A DNA stretch of 46,194 nt from assembly GCA_021786945.1 (NCBI GenBank), contig JAJYMK010000003.1:103105-149298 (forward strand). Reading direction: 5' to 3'. The stretch comes from a bacterium (lineage in GTDB: Bacteria > Patescibacteriota > Minisyncoccia > UBA6257 > 02-FULL-45-10c). This document shows positions 17,300 to 25,017 of the stretch, piece by piece; positions within the stretch are counted from its first letter, which is position 1; every line of letters starts with the position of its first letter. The position numbers and the translations under genes were made by a program. Below the pieces are notes generated by a model. It was not told the DNA's origin. It ran no database searches and worked only from the letters and a program-made list of their open reading frames with translations.

Positions 17300-18742
17300 A
17301 TGAAAAAGATAACTTTATTATTTTTAATATCGGTTTTAGGCACGCTTTTTACTGGCGTGGTTTTTGCACAAGAAGATGCGGCTCAGATAGTTAAAAATCA
17401 GGAAGTTACCGTTGATGATTTAGGCGTTTCCAATCCGGGAATTTTGCCGGGCAACCCGTTTTATTTTTTAAAAGAATGGTCCAGAGAAGTTAAAAAGAAT
17501 CTTACTTTCGATGCCGTCAAAAAAGCCGAAGTTCAATTACAGATTGTAAATGAACAAGCCGCGGAAATAAAAAAATTAAATGATCTTTTGCCTTCAAGCG
17601 CAAAAACTTTTACTAAAGCTTTAGATAGTTACGATAAGGGTCTGGATTCACTAAGAAATAAAATTGGCTCTTTAAAGGGTATTTCCGCAGATAATACAAA
17701 CGCTTTTTTGAATGATTTGGCGGATAGTGTTATAAAACATATTAAACTTTTTTCCGAAATTAAAGGCGGGGTTGGTGACAAGGACGCCGAAAAGATATCG
17801 GCTTTGCAAGAAAAGATTGCGGAAATTTTGGCTGAGGTTCCATCCGAATTGGAAACCCCGGATAATTTTAGGTGTCGTTTGGAAAATGTAATCAGGAGTC
17901 AGGATGAAAATTTATTGAAAGACATTACTATTTCTGAAGTTTTGGATAGATTCGATGAAAAAATTTCCAAAGAAACAAGAATGGAATTATTGAAAATAAA
18001 AGAAAATCTTATAATAAACTTTCAGGCAAAGCTTCAATCAGAAGATTTTTCCGGGGCTATTTCCGATATTTTGAATCAGTTGCCGGGAAATGCCGTCAGA
18101 AAAATAAAAATTCTCGATGAGATAAGAGAGGGAGTTTCCGTAAACGATATTAAAACAAAATTAAATTTAGCCAGGCAGGATATTTTGGATAATGCCGTCG
18201 AAACAAAAGAAATAAGAGCTGCCGAGGCTCAGAAAATGATTGATAGCGCTTCAGTTCTTTTAGGCGACTTTCAAGATAGTTTAAGCGCCGCTTCGGCACC
18301 CAAGAGTTCTGTAATTTCGGGATTATTTACTAAGGCCAAATTTAATTTAGATCAAGCCAAACAGGCTTTAGATCTCAATAATTATGGTCAGGCTTTTGGT
18401 CAGGCTTCGGCTTCTTTTGCGGCAGCTAGCGCCGGTTTGAATTATGTTTCAAAATTTAGTTTGGATAAAAATTCTTGCGGTCAGGATGATTTGTCCGCCA
18501 TAAAAGCTCACTATGATGGCATAACTTTAAAACTTAAAGATTTACAGCTAAACAAGGAAAATTCACCGGATATTTTTATTAATTTGGCTAAAGCCGAAAA
18601 GTCTATAGCTTCTATCTCCGATTTAGTGAAGAAGAATGCCAAGGTTGACACTCTTATTCCTCTTTATAAGGATGTAAAACTTACCCTTGCTCAGATAGAT
18701 AATGATATTAACGAATTACTAGATTCTAAAAAATCGGATTAA
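17300..18742 (+). CDS. Secreted helical protein with an N-terminal DUF5667-like motif.
   Basis: Signal peptide 'MKKITLLFLISVLGTLFTGVVFAQE'. 'GILPGNPFYFLKEWSREVKKNLTF' is shared with the 26629 paralog. The ATG at 17300 is preferred over the TTG at 17276. Confidence 0.75.
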   Translation: MKKITLLFLISVLGTLFTGVVFAQEDAAQIVKNQEVTVDDLGVSNPGILPGNPFYFLKEWSREVKKNLTFDAVKKAEVQLQIVNEQAAEIKKLNDLLPSSAKTFTKALDSYDKGLDSLRNKIGSLKGISADNTNAFLNDLADSVIKHIKLFSEIKGGVGDKDAEKISALQEKIAEILAEVPSELETPDNFRCRLENVIRSQDENLLKDITISEVLDRFDEKISKETRMELLKIKENLIINFQAKLQSEDFSGAISDILNQLPGNAVRKIKILDEIREGVSVNDIKTKLNLARQDILDNAVETKEIRAAEAQKMIDSASVLLGDFQDSLSAASAPKSSVISGLFTKAKFNLDQAKQALDLNNYGQAFGQASASFAAASAGLNYVSKFSLDKNSCGQDDLSAIKAHYDGITLKLKDLQLNKENSPDIFINLAKAEKSIASISDLVKKNAKVDTLIPLYKDVKLTLAQIDNDINELLDSKKSD

Positions 18743-18750
18743 GTTTTTTA

Positions 18751-18781
18751 CCCCCTACATAATTTATGTATGGGGTTTTTT
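18751..18781 (+). terminator. Rho-independent terminator.
   Basis: ccccctacat-aattt-atgtatgggg followed by tttttt. Confidence 0.75.
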
Positions 18782-18797
18782 AATTTATAATTAAAAA

Positions 18798-19469
18798 ATG
18801 GAAAATGTACTGGATTTAAAATGGAATAAGCTTCTTAGCCGCGCCGGTCTTTTTTCCTTTGTTCCTTTCGTGGAAATCGTTTTTGTTGCTGGATCAATGG
18901 CTATGGAGACCGCAGGAGAGAATTCGGACTTCGATGTTATAGTGGGCGTAAAAACCGGAAGGATTTTTACCGCCCGGGCTTTTTGTATTTTTATGTTTGG
19001 TGTGTTCGGCTGGAGAAAAAGAAGATCCGAAACTGGAACTAGGGCTAAAGACAAATTTTGTTTTAGTCATTTTGTAACTCCGGAAAAATACGGTTTATCC
19101 GGTCCGTATAATATCTATTGGGAAAAATTGTACTCTTCGCTTGTTCCAGTTTATGGAGAAAAAGAAAAAATTCAAAAATTTTATGACGCTAATGGTATAT
19201 GGATGAAAAATAAAAAGATATATACCAAGGACGTGAGGCATTTATATTTAAAGCCGGGTTATATAAAAATATTTTTAGAAAAAATACTTGGAGGAAAACT
19301 TGGTAATATTTTGGAAGTTTGGTTAAAAAATATACAGGTAGAAAAAATAGAAAAAAGTCTTAAAACCGAAAAGCAATACAAGCCAAGAATTATTTTTAAC
19401 AATCAGGAACTGGAATTTCATCCAGATACTCGCCGCATAGAAGAGATGTTGAATCGTAAGGAGTTTTAG
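18798..19469 (+). CDS. Pol-beta-superfamily nucleotidyltransferase-domain protein.
   Basis: 'FVAGSMAMETAGENSDFDVIVGV' fits the minimal NTase motif G[SG]-x(9-13)-DxD. TATAAT (18786-18791) is followed by 6 nt and then the ATG. Confidence 0.7.
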   Translation: MENVLDLKWNKLLSRAGLFSFVPFVEIVFVAGSMAMETAGENSDFDVIVGVKTGRIFTARAFCIFMFGVFGWRKRRSETGTRAKDKFCFSHFVTPEKYGLSGPYNIYWEKLYSSLVPVYGEKEKIQKFYDANGIWMKNKKIYTKDVRHLYLKPGYIKIFLEKILGGKLGNILEVWLKNIQVEKIEKSLKTEKQYKPRIIFNNQELEFHPDTRRIEEMLNRKEF

Positions 19470-19525
19470 GAATATACTTTAGGTAGAAACTTAATATAAA
19501 TCTTCCAGACGAAGGAGGTGGTTAT

Positions 19526-19891
19526 ATGAGTCGGCCGCGGCTACGTAAGCGCGATAATGTAGCAGAAATGATTTTGAAAGAAGTTTTGCTGGAAATGCAG
19601 AAAGACGATCTGATTTCCGGGTTCATACAAAGCCGTAAGAACGATAGACTTGATATGGAGGGTATAGATTTTCTTTTGTTTTTGAAAAATGATCTTTCCC
19701 TTGCCGTTCAGGTCAAAACTCATTCACGGAATCATAAGCGTTGTATAGATAAGCATTTCAGAAGGCACCCGCTTATAAAGTTCGTACTTTTTATAAAGAT
19801 TGGATTTTATAATCGCCGTCCGGAAACAGCTTCCCGTTACATAAAGGAAGAAATAAAGTCTTTTATAAAGCAGTCCATGTCCCGCCAATAA
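19526..19891 (+). CDS. Small PD-(D/E)xK-like (restriction-endonuclease-fold, DUF4365-like) protein, paralog 1.
   Basis: AAGGAGG at 19512-19518. The motif order is 'E...EGIDFLLFL...LAVQVKTHS'. It is a paralog of the next ORF. Confidence 0.6.
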   Translation: MSRPRLRKRDNVAEMILKEVLLEMQKDDLISGFIQSRKNDRLDMEGIDFLLFLKNDLSLAVQVKTHSRNHKRCIDKHFRRHPLIKFVLFIKIGFYNRRPETASRYIKEEIKSFIKQSMSRQ

Positions 19892-19909
19892 AATTGGCGG
19901 GATTTTTTT
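19881..19909 (+). terminator. Rho-independent terminator with the stop codon in or next to the loop.
   Basis: cccgccaat-aaa-attggcggg followed by attttttt. Confidence 0.8.
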
Positions 19910-19996
19910 AATTTAAAACAAGCCTATTGAATTATCCGGAATAAGAGGTATATGCTTAAATTAGAATCTTGAATTTCCGTATAAGGGGGAAAATTT

Positions 19997-20341
19997 ATGG
20001 AGTCCGACGACAGAGGGGCCAAAGCCGAAGAAGCCGTCAAAAAAGCTCTGGGCATCATGGAGAAAGAAAGGGGAATAAACGGCTTTTATCAGAACAAGAA
20101 GAACGGCGAGGTGGATGAGCTGGGAATAGATTTTCTTGTTTATTTGAAGGGCGGGCTTATTTTACCCATACAGGTAAAGGCCTCTTCCAAAGACAACGAA
20201 AATCGCCGGCTGAAACACCTTAAGAAGCATCCCAAAATAAATCTCATTATTTTCGTGGATGTTGAGATGTATAAAAAGCGTCCGGAAAAGGTGCTGGACT
20301 CTATATTGAAGGAAGTGGAGGAATTTTTAAAAGGAAAGTGA
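19997..20341 (+). CDS. Small PD-(D/E)xK-like (DUF4365-like) protein, paralog 2.
   Basis: SD AAGGGGGA at 19983-19990. 'E...LGIDFLVYLKGGLILPIQVKASS' and 'KKHPKINLIIFV' align with paralog 1. The stop codon is TGA. Confidence 0.6.
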   Translation: MESDDRGAKAEEAVKKALGIMEKERGINGFYQNKKNGEVDELGIDFLVYLKGGLILPIQVKASSKDNENRRLKHLKKHPKINLIIFVDVEMYKKRPEKVLDSILKEVEEFLKGK

Positions 20342-20346
20342 TAAAT

Positions 20347-20377
20347 ATCCCGCCGTAAAACCGGCGGGATTTTTTTT
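20347..20377 (+). terminator. Rho-independent terminator.
   Basis: atcccgccg-taaaac-cggcgggat followed by ttttttt. Confidence 0.85.
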
Positions 20378-20413
20378 AGCACTCTTGACGCTAGACTGCC
20401 AGCAAATTAAAAT
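20376..20413 (+). promoter_or_regulatory. groESL promoter overlapped by a half-degenerate CIRCE-like operator.
   Basis: TTAGCACTC (20376-20384), N9, then GACTGCCAG (20394-20402), versus the CIRCE consensus TTAGCACTC-N9-GAGTGCTAA. TTGACG (20385-20390), 17 nt, then TAAAAT (20408-20413). Confidence 0.5.
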
Positions 20414-20447
20414 AATGTAGTCGTAAGAAATATAATTTTTTACATAT

Positions 20448-20744
20448 ATGAAGTTAAATTTAAAACCTTTAAATGACCATCTCTTTATAGAACCGGTCGC
20501 CGAAGAAAAAATGACCAAGTCGGGTATAGTTTTGCCGGAGTCGGCCGAGAAAGAAAAGCCGATAAAAGGTATTGTAGTTGCCGCTGGGCCGGGAAAAATG
20601 GACGAAAAGGGTAATAGAATAAAAATGTCCGTTAAGGTTGGGGATATGGTTCTTTTCAGGAAGTACGGTCCGGATGAAATTATGATAGACGGTAAAAAAT
20701 ATTTGGTCGGAGAAGAAAACGATATTTTGGCAATTATTTTTTAA
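20448..20744 (+). CDS. groES: Co-chaperonin GroES.
   Basis: 'LKPLNDHLFIEPV...KSGIVLPESA...GIVVAAGPG'. Confidence 0.95.
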   Translation: MKLNLKPLNDHLFIEPVAEEKMTKSGIVLPESAEKEKPIKGIVVAAGPGKMDEKGNRIKMSVKVGDMVLFRKYGPDEIMIDGKKYLVGEENDILAIIF

Positions 20745-20750
20745 TTTACT

Positions 20751-22397
20751 ATGGCAAAACAAATTTTATTTAATGACAAAGCCAGGACGGCTTTGAAAAA
20801 AGGAATAGACAAGTTGGCGGAGGCGGTAAAAATGACTTTGGGTCCAAGGGGCCGTGCAGTTGTTATTGAAAAGGGCTACGGCGCTCCGCAGGTTACTTTT
20901 GATGGCGTTACTGTGGCCAAAGAAGTGGAATTGGAAGATAAATTTGAAAATCTCGGTGCTGAATTTTTGAAGCAAGCTGCCGACAAAACAAATGATGGTG
21001 TAGGCGACGGAACAACCACGTCTGTTGTCTTGGCGCATGCTTTAATTGATGCCGGTGAAAAAGCTATCAAAGAAAAAGGTTTTAATGTAATTCAATTAGC
21101 CGAAGAGCTTAAAAAGGGCAGTGAAGAGGTGGTTAAAGCTCTGGAATCTCAAAAAGAGCTCATAAACGACAATAAAAAAATTCAGGAAGTTGCCACTCTT
21201 TCCGCCAAAGATAAAAATATCGGCGCTTTGATAGCCGAGGTAATGGGTAAGATCGGTAAAGAGGGCGTTGTCACTATCGAAGATTCAAATACAGTTGGTA
21301 ATTCATACGATTTGGTTGAAGGAATGCAGTTCGACAGAGGCTATGTTTCCCAGTATATGATTACCAATCAAGAAAGAATGGAAGCTGTTTTGGAAAAGCC
21401 GTACATTTTGGTAACCGACAAAAAAATCACCTCTATCAACGAACTTTTGCCTTTGTTGGAAAAGTTGATCCAATCCGGTAAAAAAGAATTGTTTATAGTT
21501 GCCGAAGAATTGGAAGGCGAGGCTTTGGCTACTTTGGTTTTGAATAAACTTCGCGGAATTTTTACAGTTTTGGCCGTTAAAGCTCCGGGTTTTGGCGACA
21601 GAAGAAAAGAAATGCTTCAGGATATTTCTATTGTTACCGGCGCTACATTTATTTCCGATGATCTTGGAAAGAAAATTGAAAATGTGGAAATTGCCGATCT
21701 TGGACAAGCCAATCGTGTAGTTTCTGGAAAAGACAACACCACGATTGTTGGCGGAAAGGGCGCTAAAAAAGAAATTGAGGAAAGGATTGCTCAAATAAAA
21801 GCTCAGCTTAAAAAAACCGATTCGGAATTTGATAAAGAAAAATTTCAGGAAAGATTGGGTAAATTGTCTGGCGGAGTTGCTGTTATAAAAGTTGGCGCTC
21901 CTACCGAATCCGCTCAGAAAGAATTGAAACAAAGGGTTGAAGACGCCGTTTCTGCTACTCGCGCGGCTATGGAAGAAGGCATTGTTCCTGGCGGCGGTAT
22001 GGCTTTGTTCAATGTTAATTTGTCTTTGGATAAATTTACCAAAAAAGCCGAAGGCGATGTTACCAAAGAAGCCTGGGTTATTTTGGGCAAGGCTTTAAGA
22101 GCCCCTATTGAATCGATTATTATTAATAGCGGCGAATCTATTTCTAAAGTTGTGGCCGATTTGGAAGCCAAAAAGAAAAAAGGCGGAGCTTGGATTGGGT
22201 TTAATGCTATACAAAATAAACTTGGAGATTTGAAGGAGGCTGGAATTATAGATCCGTTGAAAGTTACGAAAACAGCTTTTGTAAATGCTATTTCTGTAGC
22301 TTCAAATTATCTGACAATTGGCGCGGCTATGTCCGAAAAACCAGAGTCGAAGGAAAATCATAATCATGGGGCAATGCCGGGTGGTATGGGTTACTAG
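20751..22397 (+). CDS. groEL: Chaperonin GroEL.
   Basis: 'AKQILFNDKAR', 'DGVGDGTTTSVVLA', 'AAMEEGIVPGGG', and a C-terminal 'GGMGY'. Confidence 0.97.
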   Translation: MAKQILFNDKARTALKKGIDKLAEAVKMTLGPRGRAVVIEKGYGAPQVTFDGVTVAKEVELEDKFENLGAEFLKQAADKTNDGVGDGTTTSVVLAHALIDAGEKAIKEKGFNVIQLAEELKKGSEEVVKALESQKELINDNKKIQEVATLSAKDKNIGALIAEVMGKIGKEGVVTIEDSNTVGNSYDLVEGMQFDRGYVSQYMITNQERMEAVLEKPYILVTDKKITSINELLPLLEKLIQSGKKELFIVAEELEGEALATLVLNKLRGIFTVLAVKAPGFGDRRKEMLQDISIVTGATFISDDLGKKIENVEIADLGQANRVVSGKDNTTIVGGKGAKKEIEERIAQIKAQLKKTDSEFDKEKFQERLGKLSGGVAVIKVGAPTESAQKELKQRVEDAVSATRAAMEEGIVPGGGMALFNVNLSLDKFTKKAEGDVTKEAWVILGKALRAPIESIIINSGESISKVVADLEAKKKKGGAWIGFNAIQNKLGDLKEAGIIDPLKVTKTAFVNAISVASNYLTIGAAMSEKPESKENHNHGAMPGGMGY

Positions 22398-22410
22398 CAA
22401 GGTTTTAAAA

Positions 22411-22441
22411 ATCTCTCCGATGAACTCGGGGAGATTTTTTT
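22411..22441 (+). terminator. Rho-independent terminator of groESL.
   Basis: atctctccg-atgaact-cggggagat followed by ttttttt. Confidence 0.85.
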
Positions 22442-22505
22442 ATTGACTGTTAATATTTTTTGTTTTAGGTTTAAACTAGAACTTTGATTTAAAAAGGAGA
22501 AGGCA

Positions 22506-22676
22506 ATGACTAAGCGTAAAGTTGGTGTCAGAAAAATTTTGCTGAACATAGCAAATTTTTTGTATATATCTCTTGTTTTTTTAATAGCACTTTTCTTTAT
22601 ATGTGCAATACTTTTTGCTTTAGCTTACGGTTTTTTCATTATGGTGGATGGTCTCCCATATATTTTTTATCACTAA
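22506..22676 (+). CDS. 56-aa hydrophobic (1-2 TM) peptide, below the ORF-track length cutoff.
   Basis: SD AAGGAGAAGG (22494-22503), then ATG 22506. The translation is MTKRKVGVRKILLNIANFLYISLVFLIALFFICAILFALAYGFFIMVDGLPYIFYH, with stop TAA at 22674-22676. An imperfect hairpin plus T-run follows. Confidence 0.45.
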   Translation: MTKRKVGVRKILLNIANFLYISLVFLIALFFICAILFALAYGFFIMVDGLPYIFYH

Positions 22677-22756
22677 AAATAAATCCCCCTCGTTATTAGA
22701 CGGAGGATTTTTATTTTTGTGGGGCTTGTCCCATACTTAATTTTTTAAGTGTGGGG

Positions 22757-22786
22757 TTGACTTACTTTTAGAGAAGAGTTTAATAA
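22757..22786 (+). promoter_or_regulatory. Sigma70-type promoter of metacaspase-like cassette A.
   Basis: TTGACT (22757-22762), 17-18 nt, then TTAATA/TAATAA. It is preceded by a 10-bp hairpin at 22730-22755. Confidence 0.5.
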
Positions 22787-22839
22787 AAGTAGAGGCTTAA
22801 AAATATATATTGGCTGAAAAGCTAAAGGGGGTGAGGAAA

Positions 22840-23556
22840 ATGAAAGCTATTGTGATGTGTGGCTTCGGCAGGAGAAACAGCAAAAAAGAAGCTCTTACTT
22901 CGGAGTTTATGAGGGACTGCAAGTTCTTTATCCGTTATTTAGTTAAAAGAGTAGGCTTAAAAACTGAAGATGTTCATTTTTTAAAGCCGGGAACCATAAA
23001 AACGATGCGTCTCTGGGGTCTTCTTGAGACTATCAAGGAAATAGTAAGGCTGAATCCCAATGAACCGTTGCTCGTTTCCTATTCCGGACACGGAGAAGCG
23101 GGTTATTGGAATTTAAGACCTCACACCAAAGAGAAAAAGACTTATTATTTTAAGTTTAAGCAGCTGATCCGCATTTTGAAGAAAAGAAATGCGCCGCTTA
23201 TAGTGGTGGCGGATTGCTGCTACGGCATGTCTATACGGAAAGAGCTCAAAAAGCTGGATTATCCCTGGCTTTTGATAGGCCTTGCTCCGCAAACCAGAGT
23301 TGGCTATGGAAGCATTGGCCAGCAGGCGATGCTTTACTGGTCCAGGAACAAACCAGCCAATCCGAAATACGACAATGGCAATGGCCGTTTGCTGAAATTC
23401 TTAAGATTCAAGAGTTACAACAAGAAATTTTATGGATTTAAGCCAAACGGAAAAAGAGGATTCCGTAAATTTTATTTTCTGTCTTCTTACAAGATGAAGA
23501 AAGTAAATTTACGCGCCGGTACAGACTTGGATTACTTGCTGTATCCAAAAAAATAA
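22840..23556 (+). CDS. Caspase/metacaspase-like (clan CD) cysteine peptidase-like protein, paralog A.
   Basis: SD AAGGGGGTGAGG (22825-22836) precedes the ATG at 22840. 'PLLVSYSGHGEAG' is His-block-like and 'PLIVVADCCYGM' is Cys-block-like, in the order and spacing of the caspase-hemoglobinase fold. Confidence 0.65.
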   Translation: MKAIVMCGFGRRNSKKEALTSEFMRDCKFFIRYLVKRVGLKTEDVHFLKPGTIKTMRLWGLLETIKEIVRLNPNEPLLVSYSGHGEAGYWNLRPHTKEKKTYYFKFKQLIRILKKRNAPLIVVADCCYGMSIRKELKKLDYPWLLIGLAPQTRVGYGSIGQQAMLYWSRNKPANPKYDNGNGRLLKFLRFKSYNKKFYGFKPNGKRGFRKFYFLSSYKMKKVNLRAGTDLDYLLYPKK

Positions 23557-23590
23557 GCTCCGATTTCGCATCGGAGCTTTTTATTTTTTG
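23555..23590 (+). terminator. Rho-independent terminator.
   Basis: aagctccgat-ttcgc-atcggagctt followed by tttatttttt. Confidence 0.85.
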
Positions 23591-23593
23591 CTA

Positions 23594-23621
23594 TTGATTT
23601 TTTTGCCACAAGCAGTATAAC
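23594..23621 (+). promoter_or_regulatory. Sigma70-type promoter of metacaspase-like cassette B.
   Basis: TTGATT (23594-23599), 16 nt, then TATAAC (23616-23621). Confidence 0.55.
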
Positions 23622-23656
23622 TAAAAGTAGATTCTTTAAAAAAGGAGGTGGGGAAA

Positions 23657-24388
23657 ATGAAGGTTTTAATAGTAACTAGCTGCGATAAAAAGATATTCTC
23701 TTATATTGATGCCGCGGATTTTTTTAACTATCTGGTTAAAGAAGTCGGGCTGACCAAAGATGACATCTTTTTTTATGGTCCTGCAGAGTATGCGGCGAAA
23801 ATAAGCTTTCACAATATATTTTTCCGCGTTTGCGATCTGACCCAAAAAGAACCACTTGTTATTTATTATTCTGGCCATGGCGATCAGCGCGGCTGGGATT
23901 TTACTAACGAGCTATTTATTGCTTATGAAGAATTGGCCGAGTTTATGGACTTCAAGAAAAGATCGGCTCCGTTGATTCTCATAAACGATTGCTGCTATGG
24001 CATGGCTGCGGTTGATTACTTCAGGGGATTAAATTTCAAAAAGGTGATTTTCGGTCTGGCCCCCAGAGATTTTCCGGGTCAAAGCGACGAATCGGGAAGC
24101 TTTTTGCTTCCTGAGTTATTTAAATATTGGCGAAAAGGCATGTCCGCTTTGCCGATATTTAAAATAAACATGAAAGAGCTGCCTGCGGAATTGAGGCGTG
24201 ATTTAAAAGCTAAAAAAATAAGTATAGATCATCCCAATCTTCGCTATGGCGATCAGATAGATTATCTGCTTTTTCCCCAAAAGACATTCGCTACGCGTTT
24301 GTACCAAGTGTCTTTGTTATTCGTAAAGGCATTGTGCGCTTTAAGGAACACAATTCTTTTTTTAACAGGAAGAAAAAAGCCGTCCTAA
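23657..24388 (+). CDS. Caspase/metacaspase-like (clan CD) cysteine peptidase-like protein, paralog B.
   Basis: SD AAGGAGGTGGGG (23642-23653) precedes the ATG at 23657. 'PLVIYYSGHGDQRGW' and 'PLILINDCCYGM' align with paralog A throughout ('YLVKxVGL', 'GLAP', 'DYLLxP'). Confidence 0.65.
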   Translation: MKVLIVTSCDKKIFSYIDAADFFNYLVKEVGLTKDDIFFYGPAEYAAKISFHNIFFRVCDLTQKEPLVIYYSGHGDQRGWDFTNELFIAYEELAEFMDFKKRSAPLILINDCCYGMAAVDYFRGLNFKKVIFGLAPRDFPGQSDESGSFLLPELFKYWRKGMSALPIFKINMKELPAELRRDLKAKKISIDHPNLRYGDQIDYLLFPQKTFATRLYQVSLLFVKALCALRNTILFLTGRKKPS

Positions 24389-24405
24389 TCGGGCGGCTTT
24401 TTATT
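24378..24405 (+). terminator. Rho-independent terminator with the stop codon in the loop.
   Basis: agccgtcc-taatc-gggcggct followed by ttttatttt. Confidence 0.8.
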
Positions 24406-24440
24406 TTATAAAAATAAGAAAAAGTGATAAAATACCAATT

Positions 24441-24995
24441 ATGAATACATTAAATATTGTTTTGTTAGTTTTGGGTTTATTGGTGGTTTATTTGGTATTT
24501 TTATTTAATCGTTTGGTAGTTTTGAGAAATAGGGTAAAAGAAGCCCTTTCCGATATCGATGTTCAGTCTAAGAGGCGTTTTGATTTGATTCCAAATTTGG
24601 TAGAAACGGTGAAGGGTTATATGCAACATGAAAAAGGAGTTTTGGAAAATATCACCAAGGCTCGCTCGGCTGTGGCCGGCACCGGAACTGCCCTAGAAAA
24701 ACAGGCCGCGGAGAATCAGCTTTCCAATACATTGAAAACTTTGTTTGCCGTTTCCGAAAATTATCCGGACCTCAAGGCTAATGCCAGTTTTTTGGATTTG
24801 CAGCGAGAGCTTGCCGATACAGAAGATAAAATGCAGGCTTCCAGAAGATTTTATAATAGCGTGGTAATGGAGCTAAATAATAAGATTCAGGTTTTCCCGG
24901 CTAATCTTTTTGCCAATAAACTTGGTTTCAAAGAAGAGAAGTTTTTTGAGGTGGCGGCTGAAGCCGAAAGAGAAAGCGTTAAGGTTAAGTTTTAA
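24441..24995 (+). CDS. lemA: LemA family protein.
   Basis: An N-terminal TM helix plus 'NRLVVLRNRVKEALSDIDVQSKRRFDLIPNLVETVKGY..HE', the typical LemA pattern. Confidence 0.88.
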   Translation: MNTLNIVLLVLGLLVVYLVFLFNRLVVLRNRVKEALSDIDVQSKRRFDLIPNLVETVKGYMQHEKGVLENITKARSAVAGTGTALEKQAAENQLSNTLKTLFAVSENYPDLKANASFLDLQRELADTEDKMQASRRFYNSVVMELNNKIQVFPANLFANKLGFKEEKFFEVAAEAERESVKVKF

Positions 24996-25017
24996 TTTCT
25001 GATTTAAGCGGAAAAAT

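Noticed and set aside
21303-21932. A 209-aa antisense ORF inside groEL, plus other antisense ORFs at 20469-20762, 20766-21038, 20876-21070 and 21914-22171.
   Set aside because: They lie fully inside the strongly conserved groES/groEL frames. They give low-complexity F/K/N-rich translations with no SD or promoter, which is typical of antisense open frames.
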